A stretch of DNA of 64,000 nt from the human T2T-CHM13v2.0 reference genome, Homo sapiens. Of the stretch, positions 1-15,367 are shown piece by piece (the first letter of the stretch is position 1; every line of letters starts with the position of its first letter). The notes under the pieces were generated by a model, which saw nothing but the letters and a program-made list of their open reading frames with translations, was not told where the DNA came from and did no database searches. A program made the translations under genes and the position numbers. The stretch lies in NCBI RefSeq assembly GCF_009914755.1, contig NC_060931.1; one strand, written 5' to 3'.

Positions 1-279
1 TTCAAATCCAGCAACAGAACTGACTGAAAGGAACCTTTGTCTTTCGTGTGAATGCTCGTGAGGGGCCATCCTTAGAGTGGAAATGCTCCTGAGGCTCCAG
101 CGAATCAAGACCCTCAGACCCCCGGGCTGTCCCCACCCCATGACCACATGTTCCGCAGGCACCCTCAGCGCTGTGCCCTGCGTGTCGCCCAGGCAGGTGT
201 TTGTTTTTGAGCGCAGATTCTGCCTGTGGCCATAGCCATGTGGAGATGTTCACGCATGTACTTCCCTTTGTGATTTCAG

Positions 280-449
280 CCGATACGGAAGATGTGTGCA
301 TTGTAGAGAGATTGTTCTCCAGCAGCCTAGTGGCCATCGTGAGCCTTAAAGCACCAAGGAAGCTAAAGGTTTGCCACTTTAAGAAGGGAACTGAGATCTG
401 CAACTACAGCTACTCCAACACGATTCTGGCTGTGAAGCTCAACAGGCAG
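280..449 (+). CDS. WIPI2: WIPI2 coding exon (T)[16 protein letters not shown]...AVKLNRQ
   Basis: tttcag|CC GAT ACG ... AGG CAG|gtgagc; 170 nt; contains the LNR arginine (R108 in WIPI2b numbering, ATG16L1-binding). Confidence 0.97.
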
Positions 450-730
450 GTGAGCGCTGCCCCAGCTGGGTGTGGGCTTGTCTGTTGCTCCCTCCAGCAC
501 TCTGGGACAAGCCCACCCCACCGGCATGCCCCTCCGTCATTCCCTTGCTGCCTGGCCCCATGTTGCCGGGCACAGATCCTTGCCTACAGAGACCAGCTCT
601 GTTTCCTCACCCACCAGCTTTGCTCAGCCCATTCCATTCACGACAAATGCCCGGGCCTCTGCCACACTGCTCCCATACAGGCGTCCCCGGCCCCACCCAG
701 AGGGTGGATGGCAGTCTCTTTCACCTATTA

Positions 731-1066
<336 letters not shown>

Positions 1067-1933
1067 CTTACAGACTTTTTTTTCCTTTTGTAAATTGTTA
1101 GTTTAACTTTGAATTCAAGATGAAGGATTTATTACTTTATCTCCCCCTAAACTAATAAGACTGTCTGGCACAGAGGAAGGACGTGGTGGGTGGCATGTGT
1201 GCGTGTTTCACGCACGTGTGTGTGTCTCCCAGCTTGTGCTCACGCCCAGGGTAACAGCACCACCCGGGAGACCCCTGGCAATCTGATTCTGCCCGCACTC
1301 CCTGCAGGGAAAGCTGATTAGGCTGCTGGCTGTAGAGTGGACATGATGACAGCCAGTAGCTGCACCCTGAGATACAGTGACTAGGTGAAGTCACAGTAGA
1401 GACGTTCTTGCCTTACGCAGTTGAAACTAGGAACTGGTCTGTTAACTGACATAGTTGGTTAGAATGGGAAATTATAAGACATCATATCTTGAGCATTTAA
1501 AAATTGTAAAGCATACAAATTGTGTTCACGTCCAACTAATGTAGAGCTGGTCATCTTTCTTGCATAAGTTGTCTCAGCGATGCATCGTCTGCATGTCTAC
1601 ATTCATTTTCTTCCAAATGGAGCAGGAACTTGCAAAGTAATCTGAGTGCACAATAAAATGTTAGACCTTTTAAAACCCCCTTATTTTCATTTTACCTGTG
1701 CTGCACTCAGCATCAGTTTTAAAAAGCAAATCTTTCCAAATCTATTCACAGCACACTTGTCTTAGCTGTAGGTTAGCATTTGCCTAACACTAAACTAAAT
1801 GGCCTGGTTAGAATTCCCAGTAGAGATGGGGTGAGTATGAGGGAGAGGTGCATCTGGCCTGGCTCCTTCTTGATTGTTGATGGAAAGCAGCTGTATCCTT
1901 GGCGCTTCTAACATTGGTCTGCATGGTGTTCTA

Positions 1934-2233
<300 letters not shown>

Positions 2234-2323
2234 TCATAGTCCAGGAGTCAGTCAACTGGAGATTGGGGCAGGTATTGCACTGGCCGTTGCTTCACGTTTG
2301 GTTTCGTTTTGTCTCTCGCCTAG

Positions 2324-2420
2324 AGGCTGATAGTATGCCTGGAGGAGTCCCTGTACATCCACAACATTCGGGACATGAAGGTGCTGCATACGATCAGGGA
2401 GACGCCTCCAAACCCTGCAG
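2324..2420 (+). CDS. WIPI2: WIPI2 coding exon [32 protein letters not shown](G)
   Basis: cgcctag|AGG CTG ... GCA G|gtgagc; 97 nt; contains the HNIR arginine (R125 in WIPI2b). Confidence 0.97.
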
Positions 2421-2850
2421 GTGAGCTAACTTGTGAGGAGAGAATCCCATTTTTCTGATTTTGCCCTTGAAAGATAGCTATAGGTGAGAGAGATTTTTTC
2501 TTTTTATAGGTTCCGCAGATGAGACAGATTTTAAAAGTATTGATCCCAAACCAAGCTGCCTTCCTACTGATGCTGGTCATGTGACCACATAAGCTCATTG
2601 GTTTGATCAACTTTCAAGTTTGAGGTTACTGATCAGTTCAAACCAAAGGCCTTTAATCTCTTGACAATACTGGTATCACCTAAGGTGGGGATTTGGGGTT
2701 GCAGAACTTTCTTAACACAGCAAACAAGATTGTATCCAAGCTATTATTTGTTCCTAATGCTCTGTTAAATGAATGCTGAATTATGTCTGACATCCAAGAA
2801 GGAACTCTCAGGTGGAAGTTTGCATCTCGTCCTCCGTGTGTCATTTGCAG

Positions 2851-2948
2851 GCCTGTGTGCGCTGTCAATCAACAACGACAACTGCTACTTGGCGTACCCA
2901 GGGAGCGCGACCATCGGAGAGGTGCAGGTCTTCGATACCATTAATTTG
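2851..2948 (+). CDS. WIPI2: WIPI2 coding exon (G)[32 protein letters not shown]
   Basis: tttgcag|GC CTG ... AAT TTG|gtgaga; 98 nt. Confidence 0.97.
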
Positions 2949-3059
2949 GTGAGATGCCTTTCCTGCTCGAATAGCTCTCTAAAGTGTGGCTTTTTCCTGA
3001 AGAGGAGCACTGTGGTGTCCCTGGCATCCTGACTTGGCTCAGCAATACAACCGCTGCAC

Positions 3060-3357
3060 TTTTTTGTTTGTTTGTTTGTTTTTGAGACAGGGTCTGGCTC
3101 TGTCGCCCATGCTGGAGTGCAGTGGTGCAGTCCTAGCTCACTGCAGCCTCAACCTCCTGGGCTCAATTGATCCTCCTGCCTCAGCCTCCCGAGGAGTTAC
3201 AGTCATGCAACACCACACCCAGCTAATTTTTTATTTTTGTAGAGATGGAGTCTTGCTGGGTTGCCCAGGCTGGCCTCAAACTCCTGGCCTTAAGCCATCC
3301 TCCCGCCTCGGCCCCCTAAAGTGCTGGGACTACAGGCGGGTGCCCCGCGCCCAGCCC
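3060..3357 (-). mobile_element. Alu (J-like), antisense
   Basis: (TTTG)n tail, then GAGACAGGGTCT...CCCAGCC. Confidence 0.92.
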
Positions 3358-3682
3358 CACTACTCTCTTCTCAGTAGCAGAGTAGGTCTGGCTCATTCTG
3401 CTTCTGGATCTGCTGCAGCGTTCAGACCAGTGCTGAGCTCCTCGCCACGGGAATGTTTGAAGGAACATAGAAAACCTTAGGGATAAATTGCTTTGCTTTT
3501 TCTAAAGTTGGAGCAGCATTTCCTTGGATGCCCAGCCCCAGTAAATCAAGTGGGTTTGGCATTTGTTTGGACCGTAATGGTGTTTTAGGAACAGCTAATT
3601 GGCACTTGCGGACCAAGTGCCAGCCCTGGGGCGTGGGCGGTCACTGTGCGGTGGCCACTCTTTATTGGTGTCCCTTTTTCAG

Positions 3683-3775
3683 AGAGCTGCAAACATGATT
3701 CCAGCTCACGACAGTCCTTTAGCGGCACTGGCCTTTGACGCAAGTGGAACTAAACTTGCCACGGCTTCGGAGAAG
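3683..3775 (+). CDS. WIPI2: WIPI2 coding exon [31 protein letters not shown]
   Basis: tttttcag|AGA GCT ... GAG AAG|gtgagt; 93 nt; PROPPIN AH..LATAS.KG motif. Confidence 0.97.
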
Positions 3776-5595
3776 GTGAGTCTGCTTTTCCCCGGGGGAG
3801 CACTGGTGCCAAGGCGTCCACAGACTTTTTCAGTTCTGTTCACACAGCCACCTTAGAGGCAAGGTCCTATACTTACCAGCTCCGGGAGAAGCAAAGACAG
3901 CCACCCACTTGTCAGGCCACAGGCGTGTACTGCCCGAGAGTGAGCGGAGCTTGCAGTGTGCCACTGGGACGGGAGAGCTGGTCCACATTTGTAGTAGAAA
4001 ATACAGAAATGTCCAGAGGAGACAGAAGTGCCGTGTGTAACCACACCGCTCACCCAGTGTGTTTCTAAATGATGAAACTACCACATAACAGTAAAGAACC
4101 CAGACAGTGATGAAATGTGAAAAAGCAAAGACAGAATTCTATCCAGCCAGTCTGAACACATTTCAGTGTATTTCATTTTCTCTTTAGTCAACAAAATTGG
4201 GATCCTACTATGGGTATAATTTATCCTTTTTCACTCTGCATGACATTTGTCTAAGTTCAAAAACACTTGTAATGGCCGCGCAGTATTTAGTTGTGATTCA
4301 TGTCAACATCACCCTTTTGGGACTTTGTTTCTAATATGTTGCTGCCGTAGGTAGTAGTGTATTTAAGTCATGTATCAATGTTTTATATGTATTTCTAACT
4401 ATGAATTCAAGAGATTCCAGTAAGAAGAATGTCTGGCTTTAAAGGAGATGGCCTCTAAATGTCCCCGTGTACCTGTGACCGCGTGGCGAGGCTCCCTGGC
4501 CCCCAGGAGACTGAAGGCTCCTTGTTCTCTTCCTCATTTGGACTGTGCCTCTCTTTTCGTTTCAGTTCCTCTTTTCTTGAAAGTTGCGTCTTCCATTCTT
4601 CTGTCTTGAGGTCGCGTCTGTTATCCCGCCTCCGTTTTCTCCGCTCTTCATTGGCCACCGATGACCTTTACTTTGATTTGGATATGATTTTGCTTCTCAT
4701 TGAAATCCTAAAATAGCCTCCCCTTTCAAGCCATCTCTCCCCTCAAACTATCGACCAGAGAAGATACAATAAAACGTCGGCTCACTTCCTTAGCTTTCCT
4801 GCCTGGGCCTTTGTTCTTCAGTCTCACACCCGAGTTCTGTAATAATGATGTCACCGCTTATGGGTCACTTCTGGGTCGTGAATTATCCTGGATCTTTTAT
4901 CTTCATTACCTCATTTGTTTCCCCTCAGCAAGGTAAACAGTTCTCTGTTTCATAGCAAGGGCTCAGAAAGGTTAAGCGGTGTGCCCCGGGGCCGCCCAAC
5001 TGGGCAGCAACAGAGGGGTCAGACTCCAAGTCTGACTTTGATTCTAATTATGCTAGACTATCCCAATATCACCTTGTCCTTTTCTTTTCCCTTTGAAATG
5101 GCCCTGAAATTCTGTTACCCTTTGACTAATCAAAGTCTCACTGTTAATGTTTCTTTAGTAGCTCTTATAAAGGCCCAAAAGTACTTGATGGAATTTTAAG
5201 GCCCATAAAAATAGATTTTTTTTTTCTGGACTATAAAGAGGAACCTTGATTGCTTGTACATGGAATGCTCTCATCTGTGGAGTGAGAGCAGCAAGGCCTT
5301 CCCAGCCCTGCTCTGTCCCAGGTGCTGAAGCCCCCTGAGGCCTGTGACTTAATCCTGCTTTCAAGAATCTTGCGGTCATGTGGCAACAAAACAACTCTTA
5401 ATTAATTAGTATTGCACGGTAGACGTGCGCCACAAAATTATGTCTCATCTGAAAGTTTAGGCTGCAGAGGACAAAACCTTTGCCGTGGTTATTTTTGTAT
5501 ATGGATGCAGAAAATAGTTCATTCTCTAATTCTCAATGTTACAAGCTCAGTTTGTGTCCCTCCATCCAGAGAGAACCAAGTGTTCTCAAGTACCA

Positions 5596-8008
<2,413 letters not shown>

Positions 8009-8361
8009 CAGGCTTTTATTTTTAATAGTTTAAACTTCAGATGACTCAGAACAATAGAATGATATGCCACTTTTGCCCTGAAGACTGTTAGTGTTGAGAG
8101 TAAGTAGTCATTTAAAATAGGTTTAAAGAGAAGATTGAACATTAAGTCAACAATAGAACAGGGGAGTGTTTTTCTATGCTCGTGGCAAAAAGTGTGGAGA
8201 TGATGTTCAAGGGGGGCCCTGGGGGACCCCAGACTCCTTGGTGGCCCAGGGCAGAGCTGTCCTGGAGATAGCCGTGTGGCGCATTTGCAGTCTGCTGTGA
8301 AAGATGGGAAATTCCTGTTTTAACTCAGCTCAAATTCTTCTTTTCTCTTTTCCTTCCACAG

Positions 8362-8432
8362 GGGACCGTGATTAGGGTATTTTCCATTCCAGAAGGACAA
8401 AAACTCTTTGAGTTTCGGAGAGGAGTAAAGAG
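8362..8432 (+). CDS. WIPI2: WIPI2 coding exon [23 protein letters not shown](R), with the FRRG phosphoinositide-binding motif (8413-8424)
   Basis: ccacag|GGG ACC GTG ... AAG AG|gtaaag; 71 nt. Absent from the ORF track; translated manually. Confidence 0.97.
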
Positions 8433-10160
8433 GTAAAGTACGTGAATGTCCAGAATGGATTCTGGAGGTTGTATTTGGATTTCAGTTTTATGTTATCTAT
8501 GAACAAACAAGTAGAACCCCCAGGAGAATTCCACACGAGCATTTCTAGCCCGGCTGGGTCACCGGGTAAGATCTGGGCGTCGGTCTTGTCATGGGAATTG
8601 AAGAGCACTTTCAGAAAAGCAAATTGGGTTTTTGTTTGCGATCCCACCAGCTAGCGTGAGAGTTGTGAAGAGCTCACGCAACCAGGTGGGCCCTCCAGTG
8701 CCCGGCAGCTCCCAGCCTGCTGTAAGGGACGGGGCGGCGACGTCATGGGTAGCACACCCTCCCCTTTAAAGGCCACGCTCTGAGAACCTGTTCCAGCTCT
8801 CCAGCTCCGCCTCCACCCTCAGCAAATGGCATTGGCCCCTTCTTTTAACCCAGAAGCCGCAGCCTGGAGTTCTCTTGTCTTCCTCCCTCCAGGCTGCAAA
8901 GCTTCCCTCATCGGTGCTTACATGCCTCCTGTGGCGCCTGCTTTGGAGGCAGGACTGTCCCTCCCTCGTCGGACAGTAGAGCGGGGGAGGCCTCGGGCTC
9001 TGGAGCCCGTGCCTCAGATTGGAGCCCTAGGGAGCACTTTCAGTCGCATGGCCGTGGTCGGCGGGACCCCACCTCAGGTCTGTGGCTCCACGTCTCGGAT
9101 CAGTACCTCCCTCCCTGAAGGTGGCTGTTGAAAGAGGAGGGGCTGTCTTTCGGGGACTCTCCCGCCATCTGGTCCCCTTTCCTCATGGGATCCCCACAGG
9201 TGCAGCAGGTGCACCTCAGTATCCCCAAACGTCACCGCTCCTCCAGCTCCTGCCTCCTCGTGTCCCTTGGTCTTCTTCCTTACACCACATCTTTCTGGAG
9301 TTTTCCTGTGTTGCTGCTTCTGCCCAGTTCCCCTCCTGTGCCTGTTTCTGCCCTGGAGCCGCTCTTCACCCAACCCCCTTCCTCACCCCCGTGGCCTGTG
9401 TGTGTGCTGATCCCGGGGCTGGACGTGTAGCCTGGCTTCCTTCTTGAGGTGCCCGTATTCCTCCTGCCTGCTGGGCACTGGGCACCTCAAGCCACCAGGC
9501 CAGTTTGCCCCTGGCCCCTCGTCCCTCACACTCCCCATCTTGGTAAATAGCGCCACTTGCCACCCCCGCCAGCACCCTGGCACCCAAGCCAGAGGGACTC
9601 GGCCCTGCATCCTTCCGCCTGAATGGTGCCTCCAGGGAGCTCCCACCTGTGGGCCCGCCCTGTGCCTCTCCCGCCACGCCACCTGATCCAGGCTTTGCCT
9701 GGTTTCTGCTGTTGCCCTGGATTCCTGTCAGGCCGTTCTTCAGACTCTCACCCAGGCTGTTTGAAAAATGTAAATATAATCCAATCACACCCCACCTGAC
9801 ATCTCCCACCACACCTCTGTCCTGCAGGATTAGCCCCAGGCCCCTGCCTTGGTTCAGCAGGCCTCCCGGCACCAGCCCTTCCGCCCAGCCTGATTCTGTT
9901 TCACTGTCCCTGTCCTGGCTCCAGCAGTACCGCACTTTCAGATCCTCAGAAGAGCCGATCTCTTTTATCCACCAGGGTCTTGCGTGAGCTGGCAGATCTG
10001 GTGGCCTGGCCGGCTTCTGTAACCCTGGGAGTCCAAGTCGAGTGTCGCCCTCGAGGAGGCCTTTTTTTGATCCTTGGGTTAAATCCCTTTCTCCATGCGT
10101 CTCTAGTGCCTTCCACGTATTTTTCTCACATTCCTTTGCCTGTGGCAAATGGAATATTTG

Positions 10161-10657
10161 GGTGACCGCCCAAGGGGTTCACCTTGCCCGCTGCCTAGGC
10201 AGAGCCGATTCATCAAGATGGGAATTGCAGTAGAGAAAGTAATTCATGCAGAGCTGGCCATGCGGGAGGCTGGAGTTTTACTACTACTCAAATCAGTCTC
10301 TCTGAGCATTCAGGGAGCAGAGTTTTTAAGGATAACTTGGGTGGGGAGAAGCCAGTGAGCCAGGAGGGCTGATTGGTCAGAGATGAAATGTTAGGGAGTC
10401 GGAGCTGTCTTCTTGCACTCAGTGAGTTCCTGGCTGGGGGCCACAAGATCAGATGAGCCAGTTCATTGATCTGTGTGGGGCCGCCGGATCCATCAAGTGC
10501 AGGGTCTGCAAAATACCATAAGCAAACTTTCTCCCAAAGTTAATTCAGCCTATGCCCGGGGAGGAACAAGGACGGCTTGGAGATGACAAGCAAGATGGAG
10601 TCAGCAAAGCTAGATCTCGTTCACCGTCTCAGTCATAATTTTGCAAAGGCGGTTTCG
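10161..10657 (-). mobile_element. Solo ERV1 LTR, LTR8-like, internally deleted
   Basis: Minus strand starts (C)GAAACCGCCTTTGCAAAATTATGACTGAGAC and ends GGGCGGTCAC(C), matching my recall of LTR8 termini; 4-bp TSD TTTG at 10157-10160 and 10658-10661. Confidence 0.8.
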
Positions 10658-10912
10658 TTTGCACCTCCCTGACCCCACCCCCATCGCTGGATGCTGCATT
10701 AAGGCGAGAACATTCCTAATTCATACACATGGTCAACACTGACTCCAGGAAAACCCCTTGCTATTACGGACAGGGCTAAAAGTATCTTGTATTTCTAGGG
10801 TTATGAAGAAATTCACATGAATTTAGTGGCTTTGGGATGCCGATTGATTTTTAAGACACACTGGAGCCACTTTCCCTGTTGAAAGTTTTGCTCTGTCTTT
10901 TTTTTTTTTTAA

Positions 10913-11137
<225 letters not shown>

Positions 11138-11582
11138 TGATCCGCCCACCTTGGCCTCCCAAAGTGCTGGGATTACAAGCTTGAGCCACCGTGCCCGGCC
11201 CTTTGCTCTGTTCTTAAACTTTACTGAGGTTGCCGATTTACCCTCTGGTGTGGAAAGAATGGCTGTAACTTAAATTACTGAGTTTTCTTTTACTCACCTT
11301 AGGACTATAAATCCATCCTACTTCAGCTAAAAGTGGTTTAGTGAAATCCTACTCCTTTTGTCATGTGGAAGCTTGCAGCTGTGTTAACGAATTGTTCTTA
11401 GTATTTCCTTTTGAACATTTTCCTCTCTCAAGGAAAATGTTTGAGAAGGTGGCTAGAGGGGAATAAAACTTACCAGCAGGCCCAAGTGTGCCCGTGACAG
11501 GAACTCTTCTCCGCCACTTGAGTTGAACCCCTGGGGCAGCTGCTGGCTCCGGTGGCCCGCCCCAACCTGTGCGTCTCCCCAG

Positions 11583-11690
11583 GTGCGTGAGCATCTGCTC
11601 CCTGGCCTTCAGCATGGACGGCATGTTCCTCTCCGCCTCCAGCAACACTGAGACCGTGCACATCTTCAAACTCGAGACTGTGAAAGAAAA
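11583..11690 (+). CDS. WIPI2: WIPI2 coding exon (R)[35 protein letters not shown](K)
   Basis: tccccag|G TGC GTG ... GAA AA|gtgagt; 108 nt; PROPPIN S..TETVHIF motif. Confidence 0.97.
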
Positions 11691-12939
11691 GTGAGTTGCA
11701 AATATACGTTTCTTTAAAAATGATGCAAAACCCTTTGTCCCCACTTGCTGCCGGGATGAGAGGTAAGCACGGACCCGCCCACCCTCTGACATCGTTAGCC
11801 AGTGAAGACCCCGGAGCTGGCCATGGAGCGAGCACCTCCGCATCCAGGCTCGGCAGTGAGGAGGATGGGCCCCAGCAGATGAGCTTCTCCCACAGGCAGC
11901 ACGCAGGGTAGACAGAGCCCTCGCGTAGGGCATGGAGGGCCCAGGTGGACATCCTTTTGTCAGTGAAGATGGCCCCTCCTCAGGTTCCCCTCACGACAAA
12001 AGCGTTTGTGATCAGACAGCCCACTAGGGTGAATGGCTCGTCTCTTACCTTCCCACGGGTAAGCAGAGACATGGACGGCTTCCACAAGAATTTATTATCG
12101 CAATGAATGTGTAGCATGAGGGGGGTCTTATCTTTTAAGAGGGGCTTACTCTGTTGCCCAGGCTGCAGTGCAGTGGTACAGTCATTACTTATTGTAGCCT
12201 CTAGCTGCTGGGCTCAAGCGATCCTCCTGCCTCAGCCTCCTGAGTACCTGGGACTATAGGCGTGCACCATGCCTGGCTAATTTTTAAAATTTTGTAGAGA
12301 CAGAATTTCGCTGTGTTGCCCAGGCTGGTCTGGAATTCCTGGGCTCAAGTGATCTGCCGGTGAGCCACCGCGCCCAGCCTGTCTTTAAAAATTTTAAAAA
12401 GAACATCCCACTCAGACCAGCGTTAACAATAACATACTTTAGGTGGTCAAAAATAATAAATTTTGTTGGGTATATTTCATCACAATTTTTAAAAAGACAA
12501 ATGGAGCATGCCCCGCCCTCCCCCCCAAAAAAGATGAATAGCAACACAAACAGGATACGGGAAAATAACATTTTGGGGTCTATACTCAAGGTTTTTGGAG
12601 ACTTCTATTACAGAGACCTAGCAGGGGTCATCAGTTAGGCCCTAGACGTCCTCACACCCTTGCAAAGGGGATGTGTGGTCAGCTGCCACGTCTTGTCCGT
12701 GGCCAAAGGCTGTAGCTCCTCCCTGAAGCCTGAGCACCCCTCCCCCGACACCTCCCAGAGGAAGCTCCGTGATGCCCCTGGGGCCCTGAGTGTCTGCTTA
12801 TAACCAACCCTGTTTAATTTTCCTGTGAAGAATGGAGACTTTTGCTGTCGGCTCCAGAGCTGTGCGTCTGTGTGAGTAGGGGGTGGCCGTCCCCCCAGGG
12901 AGGGTGCAGCTTCATGTGTCTGGTGGCCTTTCCTTCCAG

Positions 12940-13104
12940 ACCCCCAGAGGAGCCCACCACCTGGACCGGGTACTTCGGGAAAGTGCTCATGGCCTCCACC
13001 AGCTACCTGCCTTCCCAAGTGACAGAAATGTTCAACCAGGGCAGAGCCTTCGCCACGGTCCGCCTGCCATTCTGCGGCCACAAAAACATCTGCTCGCTAG
13101 CCAC
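12940..13104 (+). CDS. WIPI2: WIPI2 coding exon (K)[24 protein letters not shown]...KNICSLA(T), including the blade-6 CD-loop amphipathic segment
   Basis: cttccag|A CCC CCA ... GCC AC|gtgagt; 165 nt. Confidence 0.97.
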
Positions 13105-13863
13105 GTGAGTAGAGCCGGCGCCTCCGTCCCCCACCCCGTGTGCCTCAGGCCGAGGGGCCCAGTCCTGGCGGCTTGTGGCCCCTTCCGTGCTTCTGAACAG
13201 GAGCAGCTTCTTAGAGCCGACACTCCATCGAGAGTTGTCGGGGATGGGAGGTCCCCTGGCAGGCACTAGGCTTGCCGCTCTGTGCGGGGGTCCATTTCCA
13301 GACGGGCTCCCGTTCTGTTTTTGTGGATAGTCTGCGGTATTAATGAAAGACGTTAAGTCAAACCTCGTGAGTGTGCCGTAGTTAACCCTTTGGGGCCACA
13401 GAAACCGCACTTGCCGAGTCTCAGGCATCCGTCCGGCTCCAGGGTCTGGCCTCAGAACACACACAGGGCCTGTGGAGGTTCTGTGCTGCGTGCGGGAAAG
13501 ATTGTCATTACACCCAGTGATGGCAGGGCTTTGGGCTTCCGTGCGTCTTTAAACATCATTTTCCAGTTTTGTTATCTGACTAGCATCCTGGAAAACTTCT
13601 CTGACGATGACTACCTATAATAATCCCAGAAGCCACAAAACTGGTTTCATCCTGCTCTCGTCTCCCGTGGGCTTCAGGGCTCAGCACACGAGTGCAGCCT
13701 TGGCCGTGTGAGCCGAGGTCAGTGGGGCGCCAGACACCTGCAGCTGCCCTTGTGCTCATCTTGCTGGGGTCTCTTTCCTCGCCTGCCAAAAGTGAGGCCG
13801 CCATGTAGTAAGACCGTTTCTGTGACAGTTGTCTAGAATTTGGCTGCTCTTTATTCTCCCTAG

Positions 13864-13971
13864 AATTCAGAAGATCCCGCGGTTGTTGGTGGGTGCCGCC
13901 GACGGGTACCTGTACATGTACAACCTGGACCCCCAGGAGGGCGGCGAGTGTGCCCTGATGAAGCAGCACCG
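13864..13971 (+). CDS. WIPI2: WIPI2 coding exon (T)[35 protein letters not shown](R)
   Basis: ctccctag|A ATT CAG ... CAC CG|gtgagt; 108 nt. Confidence 0.97.
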
Positions 13972-14486
13972 GTGAGTCTGCTCCGGCCGCTTCACGGAGC
14001 TGCTCCGTGCTGGCGGGGGGCTTTCGGGGCACCTGGCGAACGTTTGTTTATTTCCTTGCAAACCAGTGACATAGAGGGGCAGATTCCAGCACAGCGGCCC
14101 ATGCCGCGCAGGTCGGGAGCTTCGCTTTCCCAGGTGAAATCAATGCCGCCGCAAGACAGGGAGCCCCGGGCTGCGGCTGGTGGCGTCAGGGCTCCCTCAG
14201 GGACTGGGCACAGAGGCGACGCAGGGGTGGCGGGAGCCGCATTTGTTCTTAGGTGGGGGAGAGGTGCTGGGAGGCCAGGCCTTCCTCCCCAGGGTGGAGT
14301 TTCGCATTTGGAAAGGAAGGGCGCAGCGTGGTGGCCTCCACAATTCAGTGCACGTGGCTGAGAGCCTCTTGTCTCACTGTGAGGTACAGGTTTGTTCTTG
14401 GAAAACAGGGAGTTAACATTTGTTCATTGGGAAGTAATGCATTTTCATTCTGTCTTACATGTTTTTTAATGATCAAAAAGTTCTAA

Positions 14487-14714
<228 letters not shown>

Positions 14715-14761
14715 TGAGCCTCCTGCCTTGGCCTCCCCAAGTGTTGGGGTAACAGGAGTGA

Positions 14762-14980
<219 letters not shown>

Positions 14981-15367
14981 TAGCCAGGATGGTCTCCGTC
15001 TCCTGACCTCGTGATCCGCCCGCCTCAGCCTCCCAAAGTGCTGGGATTACAGGCGTGAGCCACTGCACCCGGGCTAGCCTGACTTTTTTTGTAAATAGTG
15101 AATCCTCGTTATTAGTTAGTTCTTCCATTGTAAAAGTGAAATATTGTCTTGTTAGGTATAACTCCCTCTTTAGACTTTCCATGTAAAACTCTTCATGTAA
15201 AAACGTGTGCAGATAGACGAGATTAAAGTTGCCACGGCGTGATGAATGCCTGGCGTCCTGTGTGGTGAGTGGTGTGCTGGCTCTGTTGCCGCAGGGCAGC
15301 CAGTGTGTACTGCCCGCAGGGCTGCCCTGTGTGGAGACGCTGAGCTGTGTCGCTTTCTTCCCTCCAG

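Noticed and set aside
2421-2510. Cryptic donor TAG|GTGAGA (2483) and acceptor TTTATAG (2509)
   Set aside because: Extending to the donor includes an in-frame TGA, the 26-nt gap is too small for an intron, and I saw no good partner donor.
9366-10148. 260-aa minus-strand ORF, the longest in the track
   Set aside because: Non-ATG start (GTG), G/A/P/R-biased, no recognisable domain, antisense in a GC-rich intron. Kept only as a side note to the LTR finding.
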